DNA of 32,000 nucleotides from Polynucleobacter necessarius (GCF_900095195.1 NZ_LT606950.1:847207-879206); one strand, 5' to 3'. Shown: positions 20,379 to 30,332, counted from the first letter of the stretch. Numbers and translations: made by a program. The notes: generated by a model not told the origin, from the letters alone.

Positions 20379-21710
20379 CTATTCAGGGGCACCCACCATG
20401 GCGTCAATTACCGCTTCCAGTACGCCCTCTAGGGGAATCGACTTTTGCTCACCAGTACCGCGTAAGTCCTTGAGTCCAGCCTCATTTTTGGCCAATTCAT
20501 CGGGACCAATGATGACCGCGAAAGCAGCTCCGCTGGCATCGGCCTTTTTCATTTGGGACTTAAAGCTGGCCATTTGACCATCTGGCGGGCAAAACAAGAT
20601 AGTGTCGATACCGGCGCTGCGCAAACGCTCAGCAATGATCATTGCAGCAGTTAAGGTTTCGCCGCCTTGATGCAAGACAAATACATCGCACAGCGCTTGG
20701 GCCTCTGGCAATGAACCCAAGACTTTCATCAACTCCAGAACGCGTTCCATACCCATCGCCCAACCACAAGCGGGAGCTGCTTTGCCACCCATACGTTCAA
20801 TCAGTGGATCGTAACGACCGCCACCCGCAATCGTGCCTTGCGCACCTAACTCGTCGGTAATCCATTCGAAAACCGTTAAGTTGTAGTAGTCCAAACCCCG
20901 CACTAAGCGTGGATTAATCTTGCAGGGAATATTGTTCGCCTTCAGGATAGCTTGTACGGCATTGAAGTGCGCTAATGATTCTTCGCCCAGAAAGTCCAAT
21001 AATTTTGGCGCACCCTCAATCAAGGTTTGCATCTGTGGATTTTTTGAATCCAAGATACGTAAGGGATTGCTTAACAGGCGACGCTGGGAATCTTCATCCA
21101 ATTGCGCATGATGTTTTTCAAAGTACGTGACCAAAGCAGCTCGGTGCTCCGCACGCTCTGGCGCTTGACCTAAAGAGTTGATCTCTAGGCGCACGCCCTT
21201 TAAACCCAACTCATCCCAAAAGCGTTGGCCCATAAGAATGATTTCAGCATCAATATCTGGGCCCGCGAAGCCAAGCGCCTCAATGCCAAACTGGTGAAAC
21301 TGGCGATAGCGGCCACGCTGTGGGCGCTCATGACGAAACATCGGGCCGGTATACCAAAGACGCTTTGGTCCGTCGTAGAGCAAATTGTTTTCAATCACCG
21401 AACGCACGAGTGCAGCAGTTCCCTCGGGGCGCAAAGTGAGTTGCTCACCATTCAAGTGATCTTCAAAGGAATACATTTCCTTTTCCACGATATCCGTCAC
21501 TTCACCAATACCGCGTTGAAACACCGCCGTTGATTCCACAATCGGCGTTCTCAGGAATTCATAACCGTATGCCCGCGTTAAATCGCGCAACACATGCTCA
21601 AGGTGTGCCCACTGCGCAGCATCGGCTGGCAGCAAATCATTCATGCCGCGTATGCCATTAATTTTTTGAACTTTAGCTTGCGCTTTAGGGTCTTTGTTTT
21701 GATCGGTCAT
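20379..21710 (-). CDS. hisS: histidine--tRNA ligase
   Basis: [10 protein letters not shown], class-II motifs ([24 protein letters not shown]) and an anticodon-binding domain. ATG 21710 (MTDQNK...) is preferred because the ORF-track start at 21800 overlaps the ispG 3' end. Confidence 0.95.
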   Translation of the reverse strand: MTDQNKDPKAQAKVQKINGIRGMNDLLPADAAQWAHLEHVLRDLTRAYGYEFLRTPIVESTAVFQRGIGEVTDIVEKEMYSFEDHLNGEQLTLRPEGTAALVRSVIENNLLYDGPKRLWYTGPMFRHERPQRGRYRQFHQFGIEALGFAGPDIDAEIILMGQRFWDELGLKGVRLEINSLGQAPERAEHRAALVTYFEKHHAQLDEDSQRRLLSNPLRILDSKNPQMQTLIEGAPKLLDFLGEESLAHFNAVQAILKANNIPCKINPRLVRGLDYYNLTVFEWITDELGAQGTIAGGGRYDPLIERMGGKAAPACGWAMGMERVLELMKVLGSLPEAQALCDVFVLHQGGETLTAAMIIAERLRSAGIDTILFCPPDGQMASFKSQMKKADASGAAFAVIIGPDELAKNEAGLKDLRGTGEQKSIPLEGVLEAVIDAMVGAPE

Positions 21711-21726
21711 TTTTATTGTTATGTCG

Positions 21727-23004
21727 TTAATTCTTGGCTGCGTAATGTTGTTTGACGTAGTCATCCACGATGACTTTGAACTCTTGAGCAATATTCTCAC
21801 CGCGCAATGTCTTTACTTTAACCCCATCCACAAACACTGGGGCTGCTGGGGTCTCGCCAGTCCCCGGCAAGGAAATGCCAATATTGGCATGCTTACTCTC
21901 CCCTGGGCCATTGACGATGCAACCCATCACTGCCACATTCATATTCTCCACGCCTGGGTGGGTTTTCTTCCAAATCGGCATTTGTTGACGTAGATAAGAT
22001 TGAATATTGGCAGCTAGCTCCTGGAACGTGGTGCTGGTTGTTCTACCGCAACCAGGACACGCAATCACCATTGGCGTGAAATTGCGCAAACCCATGGTTT
22101 GCAAAATTTCTTGAGCAACAATCACTTCGTTCTCACGTGGGGCACCTGGGTCTGGAGTTAGGGAGACTCGAATGGTGTCACCAATACCCTCTTGCAACAA
22201 AATGCCCATTGCCGCAGTCGACGACACAATCCCTTTACTACCCATGCCTGCTTCGGTTAAACCCAAATGGAGCGGATAGTCTGAACGACGCGAGAGATCA
22301 CGGTACACCGCAATTAAATCCTGCACATTGCTGACTTTGCACGAGAGCAATATTTGATTGGAGTTCATGCCGAGCTCAACGGCTTTCTCGGCCGATTGCA
22401 ATGCCGACTGAATCAATGCCTCAATCATTACCTCTTGCGCAGTCTTGGGATTGGGCAAAGCAGCATTGCTATCCATTATCGAGGCTAGGAGTTCTTGATC
22501 CAAGCTGCCCCAGTTCACACCAATCCGAATGGGCTTGTCGTATTTGCAAGCCGCTTCAATCATCTGCGCAAATTGCGGATCCCGCTTAGCGCCCTTACCA
22601 ACGTTACCGGGATTAATGCGGTACTTGGAGAGCGCCTTGGCGCACTCAGGATAGTCGTTCAGTAATGTATGGCCGTTGTAATGAAAATCCCCTATCAACG
22701 GCACTAAGACGTCCATCTTGTCTAACTGCTCACGAATGTAGGGAACTGCTGCAGCGGCTTCAGGCGTATTTACCGTAATCCGCACCATCTCTGATCCTGC
22801 ACGCGCCAACCCCTTTACCTGAATGGCTGTAGCCACGGCATTCGCTGTATCGGTATTAGTCATCGACTGCACGCGCACTGGCGCATCACCCCCAACGGTA
22901 ATGATGTTCGTCTTCCAAGAAACCGTTGCTTGGCGTACTGCACGCTTTGGTACGGGACCCAAGGGCAACTGAGGCAAGGATGATGAGGAATTTGTCGAGC
23001 TCAT
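21727..23004 (-). CDS. ispG: 4-hydroxy-3-methylbut-2-en-1-yl diphosphate synthase (flavodoxin) IspG
   Basis: 425-aa [38 protein letters not shown] and [10 protein letters not shown] are GcpE motifs, including the Fe-S cysteines. Confidence 0.95.
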   Translation of the reverse strand: MSSTNSSSSLPQLPLGPVPKRAVRQATVSWKTNIITVGGDAPVRVQSMTNTDTANAVATAIQVKGLARAGSEMVRITVNTPEAAAAVPYIREQLDKMDVLVPLIGDFHYNGHTLLNDYPECAKALSKYRINPGNVGKGAKRDPQFAQMIEAACKYDKPIRIGVNWGSLDQELLASIMDSNAALPNPKTAQEVMIEALIQSALQSAEKAVELGMNSNQILLSCKVSNVQDLIAVYRDLSRRSDYPLHLGLTEAGMGSKGIVSSTAAMGILLQEGIGDTIRVSLTPDPGAPRENEVIVAQEILQTMGLRNFTPMVIACPGCGRTTSTTFQELAANIQSYLRQQMPIWKKTHPGVENMNVAVMGCIVNGPGESKHANIGISLPGTGETPAAPVFVDGVKVKTLRGENIAQEFKVIVDDYVKQHYAAKN

Positions 23005-23038
23005 GAATGAATACTGGATATGGTGTCGCTAATACAGA

Positions 23039-24235
23039 TTAATTTAACTTTTTAAGCCACTCAATCGGCTGTTCATCCTGAGATGCTGGAGACACTTCAA
23101 TGTCGGCTTTGTTCACTCCGCGTTCACGCACTCGGGTGCAATCGACTACATCGCCTGCTAATTGACCACAAGCCGCGGCAATATCATCGCCACGAGTCTT
23201 ACGCACAGTCGCCACCATGCCAGCATCTAATAATACGCTGGCAAAGGCATTGACTCGAATGGCTGGCGAGCGCTTCAGACCAGACTCTGGGAATGGGTTA
23301 AACGGAATTAAATTAATTTTGCACTTAATGTTTTTGAGCAAGCGCACCAATTCTTTTGCTTGGATATCGGAATCGTTTACCCCATCTAGCATGCAGTACT
23401 CAAAGGTCAGAAAGTCTCTTGGGGCAAAAGGCAAATAGCGCTCGCAAGCATCGAGCAATTCGCGCAAAGGGTATTTTTGATTGAGTGGTACTAATTGATC
23501 ACGCAAGGCATCGTTGGGTGCATGTAGTGACACCGCCAATGCTACTGGGCAATCCTGTGCGAGACGATCGATCATCGGTACTACACCCGAAGTAGATACG
23601 GTGACGCGACGGCGCGATAAGCCATACGCTCGGTCATCCAACATCAAACGCAATGCAGCGACCACATTGTCATAGTTGAGCAATGGTTCACCCATACCCA
23701 TCATCACCAAATTAGAAATTACACGGCCCGTGTGCTCCCAACCGGGTGTGGGATATTTTTCAATACGCCGTACTGCTTCAGGATCATTGCGCAACAAATG
23801 CTCTGCAAACCATAACTGCCCAATGATTTCACCGGAGGTCAGGTTACGTGAAAAACCTTGATGGCCGGTGGAACAAAATCGACAATTAACGGCACAACCC
23901 GCTTGGGAAGAGATGCATAACGTGCCTCGATCATCCTCAGGTATATAAACCGATTCCACGGCGTTGCCCGCCCCCACATCGAGCAACCACTTGCGCGTGC
24001 CGTCCTGGGCATGCCCGTCCTTAATGACGGGGAGAGATAGTACTTCTGCTTTATCGAGCAGGGTTGCCCGAAAGCTTTTTGCTAAATCACTCATGTCATT
24101 GATATCCGATACACCTCGTTGATGTATCCACTGCATGAGTTGCTTTGCCCGAAAGGACTTTTCATTTAACCCCGCGACATACGCCGCCAATTGGTCAGCG
24201 TCAAAATCTAAGAGATTTACGCGCGGGGAGGTCAA
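23039..24235 (-). CDS. rlmN: dual-specificity RNA methyltransferase RlmN (radical SAM)
   Basis: NLLDFD...[11 protein letters not shown], radical-SAM motif [17 protein letters not shown] and a C-terminal catalytic Cys region (AACGQL). The start is TTG 24235; there is no in-frame ATG nearby, and a TAA lies 4 codons upstream. Confidence 0.93.
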   Translation of the reverse strand: MTSPRVNLLDFDADQLAAYVAGLNEKSFRAKQLMQWIHQRGVSDINDMSDLAKSFRATLLDKAEVLSLPVIKDGHAQDGTRKWLLDVGAGNAVESVYIPEDDRGTLCISSQAGCAVNCRFCSTGHQGFSRNLTSGEIIGQLWFAEHLLRNDPEAVRRIEKYPTPGWEHTGRVISNLVMMGMGEPLLNYDNVVAALRLMLDDRAYGLSRRRVTVSTSGVVPMIDRLAQDCPVALAVSLHAPNDALRDQLVPLNQKYPLRELLDACERYLPFAPRDFLTFEYCMLDGVNDSDIQAKELVRLLKNIKCKINLIPFNPFPESGLKRSPAIRVNAFASVLLDAGMVATVRKTRGDDIAAACGQLAGDVVDCTRVRERGVNKADIEVSPASQDEQPIEWLKKLN

Positions 24236-24262
24236 TGCACCTACTTATCAATAATCAAATGA

Positions 24263-24688
24263 TTAACGATTGAAAACATTCATGCCAGGGAAGAAGAATG
24301 CAACTTCCACAGCAGCTGTTTCAGGAGCGTCAGAACCATGCACAGCGTTTGCATCAATGCTGTCAGCAAAGTCAGCACGAATCGTGCCTTTTTCAGCTTT
24401 CTTCGGATCGGTTGCGCCCATCAAATCGCGATTCTTCGCAATCGCGCCTTCGCCTTGCAATACTTGAATCATGACTGGGCCAGAAATCATGAAGTTCACC
24501 AAATCTTTGAAGAAAGGACGCTCTTTGTGAACAGCGTAGAACTGCTCTGCTTCCGATTGTGAAAGGTGCGCCATTTTGGACGCGACAATCTTCAAACCTG
24601 CAGATTCAAAACGGTCATAGATTTTGCCGATGACGTTTTTAGCGACAACATCAGGTTTGATAATAGAGAGGGTGCGTTCAATTGCCAT
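24263..24688 (-). CDS. ndk: nucleoside-diphosphate kinase
   Basis: 141 aa. [10 protein letters not shown], the catalytic-His region NAVHGSD and GTIRADFA. Confidence 0.96.
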   Translation of the reverse strand: MAIERTLSIIKPDVVAKNVIGKIYDRFESAGLKIVASKMAHLSQSEAEQFYAVHKERPFFKDLVNFMISGPVMIQVLQGEGAIAKNRDLMGATDPKKAEKGTIRADFADSIDANAVHGSDAPETAAVEVAFFFPGMNVFNR

Positions 24689-24796
24689 TCAAGACTCCAA
24701 TAGTGATTTCAAAGGTATTTGCTCAGTAGGGCCAATATCCACCCCGCTCAGCGAGCCCCGAATTATACATTACTTGACCGTATTTACCCCTATATC

Positions 24797-24908
24797 TATA
24801 GGGCTGAGCCCTTGAATTTACAAGGCATAGACCCCGATTTTGTAGGTCTTTTAGTGGGGGACTTGAAATTCACACCGTTTGTCTATACTTATTGGCATCA
24901 GCCCTATA
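24797..24908. repeat. 11-bp perfect inverted repeat pair in the ndk / BI-1 divergent intergenic region
   Basis: tatagggctga (24797-24807) and its reverse complement tcagccctata (24898-24908) lie 90 nt apart, the second arm ending 36 nt before the BI-1 ATG. Confidence 0.6.
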
Positions 24909-24943
24909 TGGGCTCATATGTTTTTTGATAAAAAGGAGTCAAT

Positions 24944-25645
24944 ATGAGTGATCTGAACTCTTACGGCTATGGTCAGACCGGCTCGATTAGCACCATCCAG
25001 GTACGCAACCGCGTACTGCGCAATACCTATGCCCTGTTGGCGCTCTCCATGGTTCCAACCGTGATTGGCGCATGGCTTGGCGTTGCAATGGGACTCAATC
25101 TGTTTTCTGACAGTCCATTCATGGGATTCATCGTCTTTATGGCAGTGGCTTTTGGTTTTTTCTGGGCCATCAACAAAAATAAAGACACTGGCGTAGGCGT
25201 GCTGCTATTGCTGGGCTTTACCTTCTTCATGGGCATTATGTTGTCCCGTTTGGTGGGCTTTACCCTCAACAGCTATAGCAATGGCGCTGCGCTCATCATG
25301 TTGTCCTTTGGTGGTACTGCGGCGATCTTTGCCACCATGGCGACAATTGCGACAGTGAGCAAGAGTGATTTTGCTGGCATGGGCAAATGGTTGATGGTTG
25401 GCGTATTGCTCTTGATCGTTGCTAGCTTGGCTAACATCTGGTTGCAGTTACCTGCGTTGATGTTGACGGTGATGGTATTGGCAATCGCCATCTTCTCCGC
25501 ATTTATTTTGGTTGACGTACAACGCGTCATCAATGGCGGTGAAACCAACTACATCATGGCAACACTAGCGATTTACCTAGATGTGTACAACGTATTTACT
25601 AACCTACTCGCTCTCATGGGCGTGTTTGGTGGTAATCGCGACTAA
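24944..25645 (+). CDS. Bax inhibitor-1 / YccA family membrane protein
   Basis: 233 aa with seven hydrophobic segments, VLRNTYALLALSM near the N-terminus and YLDVYNVFTNLLALMG near the C-terminus. AAGGAG lies at 24933-24938. Confidence 0.9.
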   Translation: MSDLNSYGYGQTGSISTIQVRNRVLRNTYALLALSMVPTVIGAWLGVAMGLNLFSDSPFMGFIVFMAVAFGFFWAINKNKDTGVGVLLLLGFTFFMGIMLSRLVGFTLNSYSNGAALIMLSFGGTAAIFATMATIATVSKSDFAGMGKWLMVGVLLLIVASLANIWLQLPALMLTVMVLAIAIFSAFILVDVQRVINGGETNYIMATLAIYLDVYNVFTNLLALMGVFGGNRD

Positions 25646-25691
25646 GGTATTTTCGTAATCCGACTCACCAAAATTCGTGTGATGTCCTCTT

Positions 25692-25716
25692 AGGCGCCTG
25701 TGGGCGCCTTTTTCTT
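25692..25716 (+). terminator. rho-independent terminator of the BI-1 family gene
   Basis: Stem aggcgcc (25692-25698), loop tgtg, stem ggcgcct (25703-25709), running into tttttcttt. Confidence 0.7.
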
Positions 25717-25749
25717 TGCCGCAGTTTTAAGCTTATCTATTGCTGCGTA

Positions 25750-25830
25750 TTACGCTGCAACAAACATGCTGACCGCATAAGACAGTGCAACTAAAATCAA
25801 GAGGATTGCAAAACTATCTGAGGCTCTCAT
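25750..25830 (-). CDS. candidate small hydrophobic protein (26 aa), below the ORF-track length cutoff
   Basis: ATG 25828-25830 is preceded by GGAG with a 6-nt spacer. It encodes MRASDSFAILLILVALSYAVSMFVAA (one TM-like helix) and ends at TAA 25750-25752. It lies downstream of rlmD on the same strand. I recognise no homologue. Confidence 0.3.
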   Translation of the reverse strand: MRASDSFAILLILVALSYAVSMFVAA

Positions 25831-25976
25831 GACATACTCCCAGTCGTTTATCGTGCCGTCGTTAATGGCCCTGTAAGCAATGCCCTATGCATCCCCACAA
25901 GTTCAATCTACTCTTGTATAAGAGCCGTTTTTAGAGGTTCTGCACCGTATTTAGGCTTTGCGCCCCAGGCTATGCA

Positions 25977-27416
25977 CTAGTTTGGAGCAAAATCAGCGCT
26001 CAAATACCGCCATGGACTCCACATGGGAGGTGTGGGAAACATATTTACGATCCCAGCGCCTTTCAGAGAATAGCCTGCCTGGTGACAGAGAATGTCTGCG
26101 TCTCTTGCTAAGGTTTTTGGATTGCAAGAGACATAAACAATGCGTTCAGGCAATAGCGCACTCTGCTCTGCATGCAACTGCCCCAGTGCTTTACAAATTT
26201 CCATAGCGCCCTCGCGCGGAGGATCCATCAACCAACGTTGTGCTTTACCCCAGGATGCAATGGTTTCTGTAGTGACGTCAAACAAATCGCTTTGCATAAA
26301 GCTCGCTTTATTCGCTAGACCATTATGCTCAGCGTTGGCTTTCGCTCGTGTTGTCAGAGTTGCCAAGCCTTCAATACCCAAAACGGCGTTCGCTTTTCGA
26401 GCTAACGGTAAGGTGAAGTTCCCAATGCCACAAAATAAATCCAACACGCGATCGGTCTCTTTAACTTGCAGTAAACGCACTGCTTTACTCACCAGCGCAC
26501 GATTCATCAGATGATTTACTTGCGTAAAGTCTGCCGGCTTAAACGGCATCTCGATTTCAAATTCGGGTAGGCGATAGCAAAGCTTGCCGGATTCAGGATA
26601 AAACGGCGCGACGGTCTCGATTCCTTTGGGCTGCAACCAGATCCACACTTGGTACTGATCGGCAAAGGCACGCAGCAACTTCTCATCAGCCGTGGTTAAG
26701 GGCTGTAGATTGCGAAATACCAATGCAGTAACTGGCTTACTTTTCTTGGGGTCATCCGATCCAGGTTCTTCAGGTTCACCAACGGCAATTTCGATTTGCG
26801 GCATGCGATCCACAATCGATAAATTCATAACCAACTTACGCATTTCAGGTAATAGATCCGAAACATGCTTAGGCAATATCTCGCAGGCCAGCATATCGGC
26901 CACATACCCACTCTTACCCTCATGAAATCCAATCAATACCGTGCCTTTTTTAATCGAACGATTGACTGCACTCAACCGCGCACGATGACGATATTCCCAA
27001 GTCGGTCCACCCATCGGGCGTAAGATCTCTTCAGGCTTCACTTTCGCAATGTGCTGCAAATCATCTTCGAGCACGCGCTGTTTCATGGCTACTTGGGCGC
27101 GGATATCAAGGTGCTGCATCGTACAGCCACCACAAACCCCAAAAGCCGCACACTTGGGCTCAGCCCGAAACACCGCAGGCTTGAGAATCTCGCGAACATT
27201 GGCTTTGCTAAAACGGGCTTTATCGCTGGTAATGGTGTACGTAATGCGCTCTGTTGGTAAAGCGCCTTTAATAAAGATCACTTTGCCACTTTGGCCTTGG
27301 GCCAATTCCTCTGCATTGGGCGCTAGGCGGGCAATTCCTTGTGCATCCATGGCAAGCGCTTCGACTTGTACTGGCTCAGTCACTTCAATATGGACTGGCT
27401 TATCGTCTCTACGCAT
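25977..27416 (-). CDS. rlmD: 23S rRNA (uracil1939-C5)-methyltransferase RlmD, with a frameshift replacing the last ~13 codons
   Basis: TRAM-like N-terminus, Fe-S cysteines (CAAFGVCGGC), and the SAM-MTase motifs DLFCGIGNFTLPLA, DPPREG and VYVSCNP. The present C-terminus is NMFPTPPMWSPWRYLSADFAPN*. The -1 frame from the ccc run (26034-26036) reads HTSHVESMAVFER*, with stop TGA at 25993-25995, which is the conserved family ending. ATG 27416 is preferred because it sits in an ATGCGTAG overlap with the upstream exonuclease frame; GTG 27455 is the alternative. Confidence 0.85.
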   Translation of the reverse strand: MRRDDKPVHIEVTEPVQVEALAMDAQGIARLAPNAEELAQGQSGKVIFIKGALPTERITYTITSDKARFSKANVREILKPAVFRAEPKCAAFGVCGGCTMQHLDIRAQVAMKQRVLEDDLQHIAKVKPEEILRPMGGPTWEYRHRARLSAVNRSIKKGTVLIGFHEGKSGYVADMLACEILPKHVSDLLPEMRKLVMNLSIVDRMPQIEIAVGEPEEPGSDDPKKSKPVTALVFRNLQPLTTADEKLLRAFADQYQVWIWLQPKGIETVAPFYPESGKLCYRLPEFEIEMPFKPADFTQVNHLMNRALVSKAVRLLQVKETDRVLDLFCGIGNFTLPLARKANAVLGIEGLATLTTRAKANAEHNGLANKASFMQSDLFDVTTETIASWGKAQRWLMDPPREGAMEICKALGQLHAEQSALLPERIVYVSCNPKTLARDADILCHQAGYSLKGAGIVNMFPTPPMWSPWRYLSADFAPN

Positions 27417-28070
27417 CCGGTGTAAAGCCTTGTAGATATTCTTGCCACTGCGCACCGTTAGGCTCTTTAGATTCTTTCTCGAGATACGCTTTGACGAATT
27501 GAATTTCGGCTTGGTATTCTTCTAACGAAAAACCACCGCGCAACAATTGAAAGCGGCAATACATTAAGTATGTAATCCATTAAGTCTAAATGGCGCATGT
27601 GATAGCGACCGATGTAATTGGTCCACTTAAAGTCACGACTATCGGCTTCTTTGCTCTCACCCATCTCCCAGTAACTCGGTGCTTGAATATGATTTGCTAA
27701 TGCAGGTAATGCAATACGGGCAAGTCAAAGCCACTGCCGTTCCAAGAAACCAACTGTGGCGTGTACTTTTCGATTAAATCCAAGAAGGCTTGTATCAAAA
27801 CCTTTTCATCATCCTCTGGCGTACCAAGAGTGCCGACCTTGATTTGTGGCGAACCTTCTTTCGTCGTTCTGCGAATCACACAAGAAATCGCACAAATCTT
27901 TTGCAGATACAAAGGTAAAAATTCACTACCGGTTTTCTCGGCCCGTTCGGCCATTGCTTTTGCCGCAATTCGGCATCAGTCATTGATGGGGGATAGTCTT
28001 CTAGACGACGCAATCCCGCTACATCGAGAATAGTTTCAATATCAAAGACAAGAACGGTAGCCATGGCCAA
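27409..28070 (-). pseudogene. PolB-exonuclease-like 3'-5' exonuclease (DNA_pol_B_exo2 type), pseudogene
   Basis: MAMATVLVFDIETILDVAGLRRL has the exo I DIET motif. A 1-nt deletion at ~27967-27970 follows (TDAEL | AAKAMAERAEKTGSEFLPLYLQKICAISCV...LVSWNGSGFDLPVLHY). A second frameshift sits at ~27700-27705 (ALANHIQAPSYWEMGE...FKWTNYIGRYHMRHLDLMD). An internal deletion of roughly 50 codons then joins DLMD to TYLMYCRFQLLRGGFSLEEYQAEIQFVKAYLEK...QEYLQGFTPDA*, with stop TAG at 27409-27411. Confidence 0.8.
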
Positions 28071-28090
28071 ATGCGTTGTGCCTTGGCAAA

Positions 28091-28873
28091 TTACTGCAAG
28101 TACGGCGTTGGATTAGCTGGCTTACCATTTACACGAAGTTCAAAGTGCAGTTTTGGTGAATTGGTATCGGTATTACCCATCTCTGCAATCTTCTGTCCCT
28201 TGCGCACGCTGTCGCCCTCTTTGACCAAGAGCTTGCTGTTATGGGCGTACGCCGTTAAGTAGGTATTATTGTGTTTGATGATGACGAGGTTTCCATAGCC
28301 CCGCAAACTATTGCCGGCATACACCACTTTGCCGTCTGAAGCTGCCAATACAGGCTCGCCGACTTTGCCAGCGATATCGATACCTTTATTGGGTTCATTA
28401 AATTCGGCAGTAACTCTGCCTTTAGCAGGCCAAGACAAACGAATACCAGGCTTGGCAACGACTTCAGGCTTTGCAGGTTCGGTAGGTGCTGGTGTATCGG
28501 CCTTCTCTACGGTGGGTGATTTTTTCTCAACCGGTTTAGCCACTTTGGCACTGGCTGGTGGCTTGATTAATACTAAGTCACCAACTTCAATCACATTGGG
28601 ATTGAAGTTTAGATTTTCTGCTTTATTCCACTGCGCTACATCGCGTGGTGCTTGACCATGATCCAACGCAATGCGCGCTAAGGTGTCACCTTTTTTCACG
28701 CGATAGTAACCAGGAGGCGCTGGCTCATAAGAGGAGGATCCGGTGCGATTTGTCACCCCAGCCTGTTTAGTGCGCGGCGTTGAACAAGCGGTCAGCAAGA
28801 GCAAAGATGCCGACAAGGTTGCAACCAGAATGTGCTTGGATATGTTCATCGTGAAATTTGGGGTGATTTTCAT
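28091..28873 (-). CDS. nlpD: LysM + M23 peptidoglycan DD-metalloendopeptidase-family lipoprotein (NlpD-like)
   Basis: Lipobox LLLTAC, a LysM domain ([17 protein letters not shown]), a proline/lysine-rich linker and an M23 domain ([24 protein letters not shown]...[19 protein letters not shown]...LHFELR). The ATG overlaps the pcm stop (ATGA). Confidence 0.9.
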   Translation of the reverse strand: MKITPNFTMNISKHILVATLSASLLLLTACSTPRTKQAGVTNRTGSSSYEPAPPGYYRVKKGDTLARIALDHGQAPRDVAQWNKAENLNFNPNVIEVGDLVLIKPPASAKVAKPVEKKSPTVEKADTPAPTEPAKPEVVAKPGIRLSWPAKGRVTAEFNEPNKGIDIAGKVGEPVLAASDGKVVYAGNSLRGYGNLVIIKHNNTYLTAYAHNSKLLVKEGDSVRKGQKIAEMGNTDTNSPKLHFELRVNGKPANPTPYLQ

Positions 28874-29526
28874 ACTACCCCTGATTGTAAGGGGACAAAA
28901 AAGACCTCGTCCAGAACGGTTCTTTGATAGCGCTGCGAGCTCATTCGCTCAACCATCACGAGCTGCTGTTCTTTTTCGTTCCTCGCCACTGGGGCAACTA
29001 GACGACCACCAATCGCCAATTGATCAAGCAGAGCATCAGGAATGCCCAAGCCCGCAGCAGCAAGAATGATGCCGTCAAAGGGAGCCGCCTGTGGCAAGCT
29101 CAATATGCCATCGCCATAAATGAGGCACAGATTATTAATCCGAAATGGACGTAACTTTGCTCGTGCTAAATCATGCAGCGGACGAATGCGCTCAATCGAG
29201 TACACCTCATCGGCTAATAGACTCAGTACTGCCGCTTGATATCCGCAGCCCGTACCAATCTCTAATACTTTTTCCAATTTTTGCTTGGGCTTGTGTAAAA
29301 GCTCAATCATGCGCGCTACAACCGATGGCTTGGAAATGGTTTGTTCATGACCAATCGGTAAGGCGGTATCTTCATACGCTTGCAGATGTAAGTCCGCATC
29401 CATAAATGCATGACGTGGAACTGTCGCAATCGCCTCTAAGGTTTTGCCGTGCTTTACTCCGCTGGCATGCACTTTGGCTGCTAGCGCTTGTCGGTAGGCT
29501 GCGAATCGCTCAGTCGGCGCCTTCAA
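28870..29526 (-). CDS. pcm: protein-L-isoaspartate O-methyltransferase
   Basis: [46 protein letters not shown] and FDGIILAAA. The proposed start, TTG 29526, overlaps the surE-frame stop (TTGA). The ORF-track TTG at 29610 would add 28 codons inside surE. Confidence 0.85.
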   Translation of the reverse strand: MKAPTERFAAYRQALAAKVHASGVKHGKTLEAIATVPRHAFMDADLHLQAYEDTALPIGHEQTISKPSVVARMIELLHKPKQKLEKVLEIGTGCGYQAAVLSLLADEVYSIERIRPLHDLARAKLRPFRINNLCLIYGDGILSLPQAAPFDGIILAAAGLGIPDALLDQLAIGGRLVAPVARNEKEQQLVMVERMSSQRYQRTVLDEVFFVPLQSGVV

Positions 29527-30301
29527 CCGCGATCCCAACCATTTGCGCGCATCGCCGCTAAGCGTGCATGGTGACTTAAATCGAGTTGCATCGGCGTAAT
29601 CGAAATGCAACCTTCATCGAAGGCATGAAGGTCTGCCCCCTCAGAGTTGTCTTTGACATGCCCTGCCGCCCCAATCCAATAAATCTTGTCGCCACGTGGG
29701 CTATCTTGCACTACCACTCACTGGTTGTGAGTGGTGACAATTGCCAGCGGTATAAATCGGCATAGGGGCGGTTGGGGATATTCACGTTGAGTAATGTCGC
29801 TATACCGTCGGCATGATTTTTGTTCAATGACGAAATCAGCATTTGCGCCACGATATCGTGCGCGGCTTTTGCAGCATCGTCCACACGATTCCAGCCACGA
29901 TCAATTTGCGAGAACGCAATTCAGGCACACCAAACATGACACCTTCAATGGCAGCGGCGACGGTTCCGGAATACAGCACATCCTCACCCATGTTCTCGCC
30001 CTGATTAATGCCTGAGACCACCAAATCGGGTTTCTCATCCAAGAATCCTGTCATGGCCACGTGGACACAATCGGTTGGCGTACCATTAATAAAGAAAAGC
30101 CATCGCGCTCGCCGCCTGCAACCCGATGTATCGAGAGTGGTCGCGACAGCGTCAGGGAGTTGGATGCGCCACTGTGTTTTGCTCAGGCGCAATTACCGTT
30201 ACGCGACCCAAGGGACGCACTGCATTCACGAGCGCCAGGATACCGGGTGCTAAATAGCCATCATCGTTCGAAACCAGGATATGGGGTTGACGATTACTCA
30301 T
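29523..30301 (-). pseudogene. surE: 5'/3'-nucleotidase SurE, pseudogene
   Basis: ATG 30301 opens [42 protein letters not shown]. Frameshifts follow at ~30172-30176 ([14 protein letters not shown]), ~30095-30098 in a T/A run ([20 protein letters not shown]...[27 protein letters not shown]), ~29921-29924 (GVPGIAFSQ...LLNVNIP) and ~29750. There is an in-frame TGA at 29718-29720, and the C-terminus PRGDKIYWIGAAG...[11 protein letters not shown] ends at TGA 29523-29525. Confidence 0.88.
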
Positions 30302-30332
30302 AACAGATGGCTTTCAGTGCGGTTTATTGAGC

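Noticed and set aside
24863-24889. TTGAAA ... TATACT as a sigma70-like promoter for the BI-1 family gene
   Set aside because: The spacer is only 15 nt, outside the usual 16-18, so this is not strong enough to annotate.
29714-29734. Perfect 8-bp hairpin (ccactcac tggtt gtgagtgg) inside the surE pseudogene, next to the in-frame TGA
   Set aside because: It could reflect a templated quasi-palindrome mutation. However, one 8-bp stem in ~780 bp is not far from chance expectation, and it has no terminator-like T run.
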